This document shows, piece by piece, positions 1 through 15,402 of a DNA stretch of 64,000 nt. The stretch is from Piromyces finnis finn. Taxonomy: Eukaryota > Fungi > Neocallimastigomycota. Each line of letters opens with the position of its first letter. The first letter of the stretch is position 1. The notes under the pieces were generated by a model that saw only the letters and a program-made list of their open reading frames with translations, was not told the DNA's origin and did not search any database. A program made the translations under genes and the position numbers. The DNA is taken from NCBI GenBank assembly GCA_002104945.1, contig MCFH01000020.1, positions 744,001-808,000 on the forward strand. The letters run 5' to 3'.

Positions 1-561
1 GTCATTATATTAAACAAAAACATTAATTTTCTAAAGAAAATGAGAAAACATAAAGTATTTTATTGTATTTTATTTTTAAAATGATAATAATTTAGATAAT
101 TAACAATTATTATTTATGTTTTATTTTATAAATTTCAATTTTTTATTTTATATATTATAAATTTAAAACATCTTTTTTTTAATATAAAAGGAAATATTTT
201 ATTCAAATTTTAAGTATTTCATGCTTCATGAATTAATAATAATAAAAAAAAAAAAAACAAAAAAAAAAAAAACAATATTATAAATTGAGAGAAAGAAAAG
301 TTTTAAAAGATAAATTATTGTGTAGTAGTTAAAATAATTATATTTTCATTATTTTTTTATTTTGTTAATTATAGATAAATAAAAACTTTAATTTATAATA
401 AAATTTACCATAAAGAATATAAATCTGTATAATAATTTAATTAATATTTTTATTATATTTTTAAATTTTTTAAAAAACTTTTTTTTTCATTATTAAAATT
501 TAATTTAAATTTTTTCTTTTTTCTTTTTGAAAAGATATACCATTAAAAATAACAAAAACTG

Positions 562-585
562 TTCAAATTCAAATTCAAATTCAAA
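562..585. repeat. (TTCAAA)4 short tandem repeat upstream of ATG13
   Basis: Read directly. Confidence 0.85.
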
Positions 586-1207
586 TTCTAAAAAAAAAAG
601 TGAAATAAATTTAGTATTTTCAACTTATTATTATGTTGAGTTAAATATTATTATTATTATTATTATTTTTCTATAGAGAAATAATTTTATTTAAATAAAA
701 GAAAAGTTTTCTTGATATTTCATTTCTGTTCTTTTAACTGATAAATTAAAATAATTTTGAGAAAACATTGAAAAAACGCTACTATTTTATTACTATTAAT
801 ACAACAACAACAACATTAAAATTAAAAATAAAATTCAAATGATTATTATAAACAATAATATATAAAAAAAAATAACATTTTAAGTTGATAATTTGAATTA
901 TACCAAATAACCACTTTTTCTTCTTCTTCTTCTTCTTCTTATTTTTTATCTTCTTCAATAAATTATATAAAATTCTCAAAATATAATTACCTATATTTAC
1001 AGGAATACTCATAAAAAGTCATATACTAGTATATTATTAATTTAATTTTTCATTTATCATTAGTTTTGAATTGAATTTAAATACGTAATTGAAATTATTT
1101 TGAAAATTAGTTTTTTTTTCTTTTCTTTCTTTCTTTCTTTCTTTTTTTTTTTTTTTTTTTTTTTTAATTTATTTGCTTATTATTAAAAAAAAAAAAACAA
1201 ATAAAAT

Positions 1208-4200
1208 ATGGATGTGGATGTCAAAAAATCTGATATTATTATAAGAAATTTTTTTTCAAAATTTTCACAAATTGTTATACAGTCAAGATTTCAATTTCAA
1301 GAAAATGAACCAAAAAAAGAAAGCAAATGGGTATAATTTTTTTTTTATAAATTTTCAGTGAAATATAAAGAACTGATGCGTTTATTACGAATATAGTTAA
1401 ATTCTAACAATTTTATATTATTTTTTTTATTAATATATAGTTTAATATAAGATTACATGATATACAGAGACTAGAAGAAGATTCTATTATAAATAATTAT
1501 AAAAAAATACCTATACCAGAATTTTTGCCTTTAATTATTGATATTTATTTGGATATATCACCTTGTCTTCTTAATAAGAAAGTATATATACGAGATGAAG
1601 AGAATAAAAACAACATAGAAAATTTAGTTGAAATCGATACCACATCATCACGTCAAAAAAAAAAAATTATTTTATTAGAACGATGGCGTCTTTCATTAAC
1701 GTAAATAATTTTTCAAACTTAATATTAATTAATTTATCATATTATTATATGTCTATGTATATAAATGAGAGTAAAAATAATAGATAAATAATAAAGATAA
1801 TTATTCATTAAATATTTATTATTATATGGTGAAATACTATTATTTTAACTCTTCCCCCCTCTATTTCCTTTTCTTTCCCTAAATTAGGTCAAATGAAGTT
1901 AAAAATAAAATAGAATCTTCACTTACCTATAAAAAAGCTATTATTTTTTTTAGATCATTATTCATGCAAATTCGTATGATGCCTACTTATAAACTATTAA
2001 AACAACTTAAAAATAATTTTAAATCAAGTGATCCTCAAACTCCTAGACCTCATATTATTTATAACATTTCCAATTCTATCGGTCAATTTTCAGAAAATTA
2101 TGAAGAGATAGGATTAGGTAGCTTTTTTTTTCTTTTTTTTTTTTTTAATTATTATTTAAAATATATTATATTTTAACATTTTAATCTTTTTTTTTTATAG
2201 ATGCTCCATTTAATGCAAAAGATATGTCTGAAAAATCATTAGGAAATGTAGAGACTATAAGAGGGTAACAAATTATTATTGAATTAAACATACATGCATA
2301 CATACATACATATATTGAAATATGTGTTATTAATATATATATATATGCATTTAATTATTTTACACCATTATTATATTACATATTTAAATTAGGATATTTT
2401 CAATATATGTTTCCTATAGAAAATATTGTCAAATTATTTTTAAAGATATACCCATGCAAATATCTGAAATCCATTCAAATGAAAAAGAAGAAAACCATAC
2501 AAATGAACTTTTAAAAACATTAAGACCTAGAAGTTATCAACATAAAGTGAAATCAATAAACACCCAACCACCTTCCTCAATACTATCTAAACCAAAACAA
2601 CAAATATCACCAACAATAAGTTTACAAAAAAAAGAAATTAATTATGATACCCTTTCAACATTACCAAAATTATCTTTAAATACTGAAAATCCACCTTTTT
2701 CCAATCCAATTACTACAACAACAACAACAACTACTACTGATATTTCTAAAGAATTAAATTCAATAAAAAATACTGAAAATAATAGTGAACATTTTGATAA
2801 TTCATCTAATTTAGAATTATTAAATTTAGATCATACTTCTCAACAACAACAACAACAACAACAACAACAAATTAATAAAGACTGTAATATTAAAAATAAT
2901 AGTATTAATATTTCTAATAGAATAGATGACCCTCTTGCTTCCGCCCCTCTAACTATGATGAATACATTAAAAAATAATACTGAAATGGAAAATGATTCAA
3001 TATTTACTAAGACTGATAGTCTGAGTTTATCAAATAATGAAGGAAATAAATCTTCATTGTTATCTAGCGAACTAAAATCGTATAAATTAAATATTTTTTC
3101 TCATAAGAATGATAGTTATCATGATGAAGAACAGAATCAAAATAAATTAAATCGTTTAGTTAGTAATAATAAAAATAGTCAAAATGTAATAAATAAATAT
3201 GATACCCAAAATCAAAGTCAAGCCAATAAGTTTCAAATTAATTCATCTCTTCCATCACAACAAACCAACTTACATACTAATATAAATACACATCATTCTT
3301 CTTTTCGTCAATTTCAAACTCAATTATCAAATACCAATTTAAATAGTTGCAATTCAAAATTCACATATAGTAATAGTCTTGGTAGTAATAGTAGTGATAT
3401 ATCCGAGAAAAATCGTTGGAATACCCATAATCTTAATAAACCTTCAAATCCTAATTTTAAATCTTATACCATAACTCAAGATAATACTAATAGTACCATT
3501 TTACCATCAGCCACCTCATTAAATGCAAATAATAATAGTATAAATTCCTACTCTAGCGAATTTGAATTAGGAAATAAATATCTTTTTGTTAATAAAAAGC
3601 ATCTTTCCACTCCAACTTTTTTTTCCTATTCGGCTGGAAGTAATCAAACTCCTCCTTTTAATGTCAATAATATTGAGAATTATGTAATTTTTTTTTTCAA
3701 ATAAAAGTGTATAAATAAATATTTATAAATTAATATAAAATCTATTAATCCATTTTTTTCTATTACCCTACCAATAAAAGAAAAAACAATTTAAAAGTAA
3801 AGGTAGTATATCAAAATCTTCCTCAGTTTCATCTCTAAGTTTTAAATATGTATGTAAATTATATAAAAATATATGTACTTCTATTTTATTCATTTTAATT
3901 TCTATGTAAATATTCAAAATAACTCTGATATTATATATATTATAATAGAATTAAATATTTATATTTATTTATTTTTTTTATATAATCATTTTTAGAAATA
4001 TTTACAAGATAATGAATTTAATAATATTATATGTAAAAATGAGAATTTAAAAGGCAATTCATTCAAAATTCAAGACAATAATCCATCAAATATTAAGGTA
4101 TATTAAAATGAAAAATAATGAATATTAATATAACACTATTTATTATTATTTCCATTAGTATTTATCTTTGTATACATATTTATATTAATAATATTATTTT

Positions 4201-6418
4201 TTATTAAATAAATGCATGAATCAAGAACGCTTTACAACAATTTAAACAATTAAATATTTCCAATAATGAATTTACCAACAATTTATACGATTCCATTATT
4301 TCCTCTAATTTAATATCTTCTTTAGATGAAGAACATTTGAATGACTATATTTTAAGTCATCAAAATAATAAAAATCAAGCAATCATTAATAAAAGTTATA
4401 ATAGTTTAAATGATTTAAATTCTCTTAAAATTAATTCCACAAACAGCAATAATCATTCTATTTCAAATGAAATTATAAATGAATCATACAATGGTAATAA
4501 CAGTTCTAGCAATCATATTGCTCAAATCAATACTGCACTAACAATAAAAGACGTAGAACAATTAAAAAAAAATAATCATTCTTTAAAAGGAAAAGCCTCG
4601 AGTATAAATTCTTATAATACTTCATGTGCTTCTCCGCATTCTACTGCTTCTACCAATTCATCTTTTGTAAATTTATTCCCTTTATCAGATATTGAACAAG
4701 AATCAGATACTTCTATTCTACCTTTACCTACGTTTGCTACAATCCCTCAAAATAATAAACATCATAGTTTTTCTTCAACAATAAACGACAACGATACTGG
4801 TATACCTCCTTCTATTATTGATTCCTATCATAATAATTCTGCTTTTAAGAATGTTTTGCCGTCAGAATATAATCCTTCTTTTGAAGATAGATCCATATTA
4901 GATATAGAAGATCAACCTTCTTATTCTTCTTCTACTCAAAATTTATATTTTTCACCTCGAAAATCATCTTTTTCTAATATTAGTTTTAACCATCAGACTA
5001 ATTTAGATCATAAATATATTCCACATCCTTTAAAAACTAGCAGCAATCATCTTTCATTATCACCAAACATTTCATTTAATAATGAGCTATCGAATCATTT
5101 ACAAAATAAAGAATTAGAACCAAATTCAAATTCTTTAAGGTTGAATTATAACGAAAATGATGATACTAATACTAGCAATCATTATGATAACAATACTTAT
5201 AATAGCAACAATGATTATTATCAAGGTGAAAATAGTAGCTATAAATATGAATATGAATCAAAAAATAGTAGTAATAATAATAGCAATAGTAAACACAAAA
5301 GTTTAATCATAGAATATAATAATGAAAATGTCAATGATTATTATAAACATTTTCATAATGATAATGTATATAAACCTAATAGTACCATATTTAGTTTTAA
5401 TAATGTATATTATTATAGAAGACAAAGTGATAGTAGTCTTGGATATCGGGATCGTTACTCACTGCCTAGTTATAATAAGTTTAAATCTATGAATAATATA
5501 TACCAAATAGAAAATAGAGAAATAGATAAAAAAATGAACAACTTTTTGAATACAAATTATTATACTTATTTGAATGAAATAGAACAGACCGATTTTGATA
5601 ATGTAAAAAATTCAAATTTAATTCAGAAAAATCGAAAAACTATGATAAATTCTCAAGCGTCATCCCCTACAACAACTACAACTCTTCCTGTAATGCAAAC
5701 AACAACAACAACAACACAATCAACTACTTCCGATATTGAAATAAATAATAAAACAAATACCACGACATCAACCACTAAAGAACCTCCTTCAATATTGTTT
5801 ACTAGTGCTTCTCCCATTTCATTTAATATTAATAATAAAACTCAAAAGGAAGTTAATAACAACCATCATGATGTAACTTCTTCTTCCTCTTCTTCCTCTC
5901 CTTCTTCTTCTTTTACTAAAAATTATCTTTTTGATAGTATATCAACTTCCGCACCAATTAATTACCCAGCTTTTTCAAAAAGAAATTATGATAAATTACA
6001 TGGAAATAATAGTATAAAAAGAAACAATAGATCCCATTCCTTATCATATACTAATCCCTATCCTGTTTTACATTGCCTACCAGAAGCTAGTTCATTGACA
6101 CCTAATGATCATGTTTATTCCAATTCATATTCTCCAACTTATTCATCAGGATTATCTTTTTATCCTTCTCAACAAACTAAAAATTCATCGAAATCGACAT
6201 CTCAAACACACTCTCATTCTCGAGAAAGCCATAATCATAACCATTCTTATTCTCATCAGTATTATTATGATTCAAATAGTAGTGAAAACTATGATTCTAT
6301 TCATCCATTTATTCCAATTTATGAAAATGAAGCCTATTATGAACAGGCTTTTTTCCATAACCATCGGCATCGTCATCATTTCTATTCTAATCCAAACTTT
6401 TTAGATAATACAAAATAA
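1208..6418 (+). CDS. ATG13: Autophagy protein Atg13: N-terminal HORMA domain plus a very long Asn/Ser-rich disordered tail; 8 exons
   Basis: Exons spliced at GT-AG sites with consistent phase: 1208-1330, 1441-1700, 1888-2117, 2201-2264, 2393-3683, 3781-3849, 3996-4097, 4226-6418. The N-terminus reads IIRNFFSKFSQIVIQSR..KW/FNI..PLIIDIYLD..LLERWRL..YKKAIIFFRSLFMQIRMMPTYKL, the motif order of the fungal Atg13 HORMA domain. Confidence 0.88.
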
Positions 6419-6919
6419 AATAATATATATATAACAAATTCATATATTTTGTATTATAGATTCAGATTCTTTGAATTTTTAGTATGAATGAAATAAATAA
6501 CTATTTTATTTATATTTTTTTTTTTTTAAAGAAAGTTATTAATTATTTAAATTACTAAATGCGAATAATATAATTAAAAACTAAAATTTAAAAATAAAAA
6601 TAAAGAGAAAAATAATATAAACATACAAATAAAACTATATATAATTAAAAAAATAAATTCATATTATCATAGTTAAAGTATATGAAATTATTTAATAATA
6701 AGAAAATTTCATTTTATCAGATTGAAAAATTTAGTTTTTTTTTTTTGAAATTTTATAATTTTTTTTTTTTTTTTTTTTTGGTAATAATTTAATTGTTAAT
6801 ATAATATATTATATTTAATAAAAAAATTATATATTTATATTTAAACTTATATATTTTATTTTATTTTGTAGTTAAAATAATAATAATATTGAAAGTTTAA
6901 ATGTTAATATAAAATTAGA

Positions 6920-9248
6920 ATGACTACAGAGGTACAGAGTAGTGTGAATTTAGAAGATTCAAAAATTAATGAAAATGATTTAATAAAAGAAATTGAAAAA
7001 AAGAAATTAGAACTAGAAAAAGATCAAAAATCCAACAATACAAATAAAAATAAAAAAAAGAATAAAAAAAAGAAGAAGAAGAGAGGAAAGGTTACAGATC
7101 TTAAAGATCTTTATAATATTGATACTAAACCAAAGGTAATAAAATTATATATATATATATATATTGATGTTATAAATAAAAATATACTATAGATTTTATA
7201 TGTTATCATGAATGATGCTCAATTTTCATAGTTTATTAATTAAGATTCTTAAATATATTAAATATATAAATGAAATGTGATTAAATGGATAATAAAAAAT
7301 ATTAATGTTTTATTTCCTTTTTTTCTATTTCAATAAATATTCTATTAAAGGATTTTAATAGAGAGTATATTTTTATTTTTAAAATTTATTATAACATAAT
7401 GTAAACTAATATTTTATTTAACGATATTTTTTTTTTAATAATATATAATTTATATTAAAAATATATATATATTCACATATGTATAAAATATCATCCATCA
7501 AAATTTTATTGTAATGTAAAAAATTAAATTTTCAATGGTAAATGAAACAATTAAAAAAAAAAACAATGTGATTTTATTTAAAAAAATAAAAGGAAGAAAC
7601 AACAAATGTAGAAATTGAATATGAAGTTGAAACACCAGATTTTGATAAACCAGAATATGAACAATTCAAAAATATATTTAATCATTTTATAAGTCGTGAA
7701 GAAGATGAAGAAGGAGATGAAGAAATTAAAGAAAAAGATGAAGAAAAGGAAAAGGATGAAGATAAGTCAAATGATTCAAGCTCAGATGAAGATGAAGAAT
7801 CAAAAGAACCTGTTATAGGAAAGAAAAAACTTAAAAAAATGAATAGATTAACTGTTGCTGAACTTAAACAATTAGTCAATAAACCAGAAGTTGTTGAGGT
7901 AAATCTTTTTTATAATATAAATATGAATATAAATGTATAAAACTTATTTTTAGTTATGATAAATGTATATTACATAAATTTACATTATATTTATATACTT
8001 ATTATTATGTAATATAATATAATATAATAATAATAATGTAGTGGGTTGATGTTACTGCTGCTGATCCAAGATTATTAATTAGTTTAAAATCATATAAAAA
8101 TACAGTCCCAGTACCACAACATTGGAGTCAAAAGAGAAAATACTTACAAGGAAAACGTGGTATTGAAAAATTACCATTCGAATTACCAGGTAGTTATTTT
8201 TTAACACATAAATAATAAGTAAAAAAAAAAAAAGCATGTTTCTTTTCGAAATTAAAATTCATTTTATTTTTTAAAATGTTAAAATTTCAAAATAATTACC
8301 TCTATATTTAATTGAAAACCAAAATATAAATTATTATTTTATTACATATTTTTAATTTAACAGATTTCATCAAGCAAACTGGTATTATGGAATTAAGATC
8401 TGCTGTAAAAGAAAAAGAAGACCAGCAAAGATTAAAATCAAAAACAAGAGAAAGAACTCAACCAAAGATGGGTAAATTAGATATTGATTATCAAAAACTT
8501 CATGATGCCTTCTTCCGTTATCAAACCAAACCAAAATTAACTATTCATGGTGAATTGTAAGTATTATAAATATTTAAATAATATTAAATTAAAATAAAAA
8601 ATATAAATAATATAAAATAATCATTAACATTAATTTATATAATCTATATGATTAATATTTTATTATATATATTATAAATGCTTATTTTATATAATAGATA
8701 CTATGAAGGTAAAGAATTTGAGACTAAATTAAAAGAAAAAAAACCTGGAATTTTAAGTGAAGAATTAAAGGCAGCTTTAAATATACCTGCTTTAGCCGCA
8801 CCACCATGGTTAATTAATATGCAACGTTATGGTCCACCACCAAGTTATCCAAATTTAAAGATTCCTGGTCTTAACGCTCCAATTCCAGAGGGGTATGAAT
8901 ATAATATAAAATTTTATAAAGAGATTTATAAGAGTATAATTATATTAAAACTAAATTCACGTTTTAATTATTTAATTATTTTATAAAATTAGAGCTCAAT
9001 GGGGTTACCAACCTGGTGGTTGGGGTGAAGCTCCAGTAGATGAATATGGTCAACCTCTGTATGGTGATGTATTTGGCACTGATTATACCGATGTTCCAGA
9101 AGAAGTAAATATTAATATATTTAGTATTTTAACATTAAAAAAATTAAAAAACCAATATTTTATTTAAAATAATTATAAAATATAAAAGCATATTCAACCA
9201 ATTGAAAGAACATTATGGGGTGAACTTGAATCAGAAGAAGAAAGAGAA

Positions 9249-9281
<33 letters not shown>

Positions 9282-9884
9282 AAAGAACAAGAAGATATCG
9301 ATGCCCAAGGTTTGGCTACTCCAAGTGGTCTTACCAGTGTTGCCAGCGGCCTTGAAACACCAGATGTTATTGAACTTAGAAAAGATTCCAGAAAGTGAGT
9401 ATTGAAGCATTGATATCAAAATTTTAAAATTATTGCCATTTTATATATTTATTATTAATGTTAACGTGGTGATTAATTTGTGTAAATCTCTGTTATATTA
9501 TTTTTGCATAATTTATTTATTACTAATTAATTATATAGGCAAGAAGAGAAAACATTATATACTATTATTCCTCAAAAAGAAACTACTATTACAGGATTTA
9601 TGGGTTCACAACATATATATAACATGGATGCTGTTACTGGAGGCAATAAGAGAAAGAATGCTAATGATATTGAAGTTGCCTTAAACCCAGAAGAACTTGA
9701 AGAAGGTCTTGATGAAGATACTGTTAGAAGAAAGTATGAACAGCAAATGGAAATGGAAAAAGAAAGTCAAGTAAAGGAAGACTTTTCTGATATGGTTGCA
9801 GAACATGCACAAAGACAAGCTAAGAAACGTAAAAAGATGGAAGATACTAAATCTGGAAAGAAATATAAGGATTTTAAATTTTAA
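6920..9884 (+). CDS. SF3B2: Splicing factor 3B subunit 2 (SAP145/Cus1), DUF382 + PSP domains; multi-exon
   Basis: Spliced translation contains WVDVTAADPRLL..KNTVPVPQHWSQKRKYLQGKRGIEK, QPKMGKLDIDYQKLHDAFF, PPWLINMQRYGPPPSYPNLKIPGLNAPIPEGAQWGYQPGGWG and C-terminal DFSDMVAEHA..KKYKDFKF, all hallmark SF3B2 motifs. Confidence 0.97.
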
Positions 9885-10829
9885 TTTTTTTAATGTATTT
9901 AATATAATTTATAATATTTTATTATTTAGGAATATATATGATATATATAAATGTAATTATTTAATATATTTATTTATGAAAAAAAAAAGAGAAACAAAAT
10001 CATTATAAAACTTTTTAACATACTATATTTCTTTTCCTTTTTCATTTTTATATATATTATACATATAATTTTTTTTTTTTACAATTTTAAATTAATTTTT
10101 ATTCATTTTAATAATAATTTTTAATATTATTTCTTAATATATTTATTATTATTATTATTATAAAATTGGTAGTTTTAGTATATAATAATATAATAATATA
10201 ATATACAATACAATAATACAATGACTCTACATTTATCATTTAAATATTTATATACTATTTGTGTATATAAAGTTATTAATAAAATAATCACAATATATAA
10301 ATTGATTCTAAAATATCTCTATTATTTTTTATTAGAAAGTTTTATTGTTATTAAATATTATAATTAATAAAAAATATAATATATTATACTTATTTAATTA
10401 AAGATTTCTTGTCATTTTTTTTTTGTCGTTTTTTTTTTTTTAGACTTGAAAAATTGGCCTGAAATTTTTATTAGATATATTTAATTGTGTAAAAGAGTAT
10501 CATAAAAGAAAAGAAAAAAAAAAATATGGAATATAAAATTATTTTCTATGTTTTTTAATGTTTCACTTTTTATTAGATTAATTTTGAGTATTTTCAATCA
10601 TTCGTTCATATTAAAATTTTTAAAGTTTTTCATTATGGTTTTATTTCAATAACAATAAAGTTATATAAAATTTTTGAAAATTCTTTTTTATTTTTTCAAA
10701 CTTTTTTTATTATTATTACTAAAAATTATTAAATAATTATTTGTTGAAATGTTTCGTTTAAATAGAGAAAAAAAATTGAAAATTTGTTAAGTATTTGTAT
10801 ATTTTTTAAATTTAAATATTATAAGAAAA

Positions 10830-13800
10830 ATGTCAGAAACAATTTTAAATAGATCAAAGAGGACATTAAATGATGATAATAATGATGAAATAAATGAACC
10901 TGATGTTAATAATATAGAAAACATAAGTAATGCTGAATATAATAAAGAAGTTAAAAAAACAAGTCAAAATAATTTGAATGGGAATGATATATCAAATGAT
11001 ACAAATAAATTAAATAGTGATATTGAATCAAATATGTCGAAAGTATTTATAAAATATTTCTTTTTCAGATTATTATATGGAATAAATAAAAAAATAGTTT
11101 GTTAATAATGTATTTTAATTAACTGAAATTTATAATACTTTTATTGTATAAATTTGTATTTTATTCTAAAAAAATGAAAAGATAAAATCCAATAATCAAA
11201 AAATTTCAAACAGTCTACAGAGAATTGAAGATAAAAAAAATGGTATAATATACAAAAATAATTATTATTTATATATATTGTATATTGTTCAATATTTATT
11301 TAAAATATTAATTTACTAATCTTATTCTATAATCATAAAACCTATAGAGGAAAAAAAAAGCTGGCTACCAAATATTAATAAATCAAATCAAAATATTGGT
11401 TCATTAATGATAGAAAATAGGGATTCGAGTTTTAATTTTAAAATAAATAAAGGAAAGAAACTTGATCCATATAGTAGTAAAGCTTTTCATATGAAATATC
11501 AGAATCCATTTAAAGTATCATTTGATATTACTGATAATAAAGATACCTTTAAAATAAGAGAACAAGAGAGAAAAAGGGAAAAACAAGTAAAAATATTATA
11601 TTTTAAATAATAAAACAACTAATGAATTAATAGTAGCTAAATTAATAATTAATATTATTAAATTAACATTTATAAATAATAATCTAATAATAATAATAAT
11701 AATAATAATATATGACATTATAAAAAAGGAAAAAGAAAAACAAAAAAAGTTACATATTTATGAAAAGAATATGCCAAAGAATAGGAATTTTAGAGAATTA
11801 TTAGAAGATGATGAAGATGATAAATTATATTACCAAAAATTGAAAAAAAGAAATTCAGAACTTATATTATTAAATCAACAAAAACGAAGTGGTAAAAATT
11901 CGTCATTACTATAGATATAAAATATCTTTCTTTTATTATAAATGATGTTTCTAAATATTTTATATAATTAAACAATAATATATAAAATATATATTTAAAT
12001 AAAGATCGCCAATTTGGAAAAGAAAGTTTAAGTAGTTTCATTGAGAAAAAAAGAGAAATGTTTCTACTACAATATTCATTAGGTGTTAAAAGAGATGAAA
12101 TTAAAAAGCTTGAAGATATTATTCAGGTATATAATATCTACAATAATATTTATATTAAAAGTAATAAAAATAAAATAACAAATAACAATAAAAACGATTC
12201 ATCATTTTAAAATTAATTTTTATTAATTAAAAAAAGGCTGAAGAACAAAAATTATTAGAAGATGAAAAGGCGTTAGAAGAAGATGAAAGAAAATTTGATG
12301 CTTTTTTAAGAGAAAATGATGATAATTCAGTAAAGGCTATTAAACAGTACATATTTTATTTCTCTTTTTTTTGTATTTTATCCTATATTACTATATATCT
12401 AATATATTATTATATTAATTTGATATTAGAGCTGAAGCTGAAACAAAATTAAAATTGGAGAAATGTCAAGAAATTAAAAAACTAAATCAACAAATAATGA
12501 GTATAAGATCTGATATGTCTAAAAATGAAGATTTATTAAAAGATTATAGAAGATATCGCCAATTTTTAGAAAGTATAACACCAGAGTCATGGTTTGAAGA
12601 ACAAGAAAAAATATATGGTCATTCAATTGTAAGAATTAAGAAGGAATATAGAAATTATAATTGATTATTTATATAAATTACAAAAATATATTTATAAAAT
12701 ACTTATATTTATTAATAGAAATATAAAGAAAAAAAAAAAGTTTCATCAGGTATTATTAAAATATAATAAATTATTATATAATTTAAATATTTTATATGAA
12801 TAAATTCCAAAATTGATTTTAAAAATGATTAAAAATGATTTTATATTACACATATAAAAGATGCTATTGATAATAATAAAAGTTCATCAAATAACGGATC
12901 ATTCACTAAAAATAAAAAAGCCAATCAAGGAAGTAAAGATAAAAAGGCATCTGATGAAGAAATTATTAATGAATTCGAAGAATATCTATATTCAGATGAA
13001 ATAAATGAACCATGCCCACTTTATTTTACTGAACCAAAACAACTGCTTGATATATTTTCTGAATTAGAGGAAAACAACTTAGCTTTAATTCAAAATTGTC
13101 AAGAATCAGAAGAATCATTGGAAATATTAAAATTACAAATGAAAGAATCTAATGAAAAAATGTACATATACACAAATATTTATTTATATTTAAAAATTGA
13201 TATTATACTCTTTGCCTATGTACGATTAACATTTATATATATATATATTTGAAAATAACCCCATAAAATTCTATTTTCAAAATTTAATAAAAAAAGGGAT
13301 AAAGAAACACAACAATTAAGACAACAAATTGAATCATTAAATGATGCTATTTTAAGAGAAGAAGAGAAAGCTAAACAATTAGAAGAAAAATCAATGTAAT
13401 TTTTATATTATTAATAAATGTTTTAATTTAAAAGTTATTTTGTTATTTATATTTATATTAATTTACTTTCTATTATTAATAATAATTTAAATAAAATATA
13501 GAATATTTAAGTCAGGAACTAATGATGAAGAGGAATCACAAGAGAATTTATTAGAAGAATTAAATAAAAAAGTAAAAGATGTTTATAAAAAATGTATTGG
13601 TGATAATGATGCTAATTTGAGTACACTTCAAATGTTAACAAATGTTGAAAATAGACTGGAACAATTATTTGAAATGATTGAATTAATGCCACCAGACAAA
13701 TTAGAACAAGCTGAAAAAGTAATTGCTAAGACAACTGATTATATCAATATATATATACAAAGTATAATGATTATAACATTACATTAATTATTCTTTAATT

Positions 13801-14227
13801 ATTAATAAAATATAATTAACAAAACTAAAGATAAAAGATAAAGAAAGAAGACAAAGATTAAGAGAAGAAAAACTTGGTGCTCAAATAACATTACAAGAAG
13901 AAAGAGTTAAAAAATCATTAGAAAGAGCTCGTGCTCCTATTAAGAAAAAGGTAATGTTTTTAATTATATAAATATTAATCAATATTCATTACTATTAATT
14001 ATTATATAATTGTATAATCGCTAGATGGGAAAACCGGTGGCCTTCCGTTCAGTACCACCTCAAAAAATTAAAAAACAATCAAAAGAAACAAACCAAATGG
14101 AAGAAGGTTTTATTATATTCTATATATTATATATACAAATATACAAATATGCTAATATTGCTAATAATATATAAAATAAAAATTATATATGATATATATA
14201 ATAGATGACTTGGAATACTATTGGTAA
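10830..14227 (+). CDS. CFAP100: Cilia/flagella-associated protein 100 family (CCDC37/CCDC38-like, DUF4200 coiled coil); many small exons
   Basis: Spliced exons give ESLSSFIEKKREMFLLQYSLGVKRDEIKKLE..LEEDERKFDAFLREND..KAIKQAEAETKLK..YRRYRQFLESITPESW and PLYFTEPKQLLDIFSELEENNLALIQNCQESEESLE. The last exon reads DDLEYYW-stop (TAA 14225-14227). 5' exons are low-complexity and less certain. Confidence 0.8.
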
Positions 14228-15002
14228 GCTTGGAAAAAAATGAATTTTCTTTTTTTTTTTTAAGGCAGCGATAATAAAAATAAATTTTAAAGAATCTATG
14301 AAAATATATCGTTTCCTTTTATATTACAAAATGCTAAATATTCTGAAATTATTTTTCAATCGAATATTTATATATGCGTACACAATAGCTTTTAATTTTT
14401 TATAATATATATTTATTCAAACACTTAAAAAATAAAATAAAAATTTTAACAAAATTTCTTTTTTGTTTTTTGTTTTTAAGTGTTGGGCTTTTTATTTTTT
14501 ATTTATTAAATTATTTATATTTTAAAAATTGCCTATTATTCTAATATACTTTATATTATATTATTTTATGTAACAGTAAATTATTAAATATAAAATAAAA
14601 CAATCAATAAAAAAATAAAGAATATTTATTAATGTTTTTGACATTTAATATTATTAACGATAGAACGAAAAAATAATGATACTTTAATAGTAATAATAAT
14701 AATAATATAATAAAAGATAGTTGTTATAATGTCTAAATAAAATCTTTGTCGAAGACTGTCCAAGTATTTTTTTTTTTTTTTTAATTTAATTGTTATGCCG
14801 TTTTTATAACAATTACTAAGTATAATGGGCTATGATGGTTATGATGTTTACTTTGTTTCATTTACTAATATTTAAAAACTTTAATTTTTATAAAAATTGT
14901 AAAAATTGAAAGAAAAAAAAAAACATTGTTTTATTCAATAATAATTGTATTTTTGTTATCATCATTGTATTTCATATTATAGTTGATAGCTGATAAGGTT
15001 AT

Positions 15003-15033
<31 letters not shown>

Positions 15034-15402
15034 TTTTTTTTGATAAAAAAAACAGTAATAACTAAAATATTAATATATAGATAATATATTACATTTTGAT
15101 ATTTATGAATTAAGAATATGGTATTAATGTACAAATAATAATAAAATGTCTGAAATTGAATAATTAAATGTATAGAGGACTGAATCAATATAATTTTTAA
15201 ATGTTGATATAAAAATGATAATGATAACGACAATGAAAACAATAACACTTTAATTATTGAAATTTATCTCATAATAATTATAAAGATGTTTGATTTTTTT
15301 CATAATGGGTGCATTAATTTTTTCTAAATATTTTAAATATATAAACATTAAACAAAACGTACTTATTATGAAAATACTTTTTACGAACAGTCTTCCTAAT
15401 TG

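Noticed and set aside
7138-7592. Intronic box C/D snoRNA in the long SF3B2 intron (ATGATG present)
   Set aside because: No CTGA D box or terminal stem found.
14787-14815. 10-bp perfect hairpin TAATTGTTAT/ATAACAATTA
   Set aside because: The stem is almost all A-T and is expected by chance at this composition.
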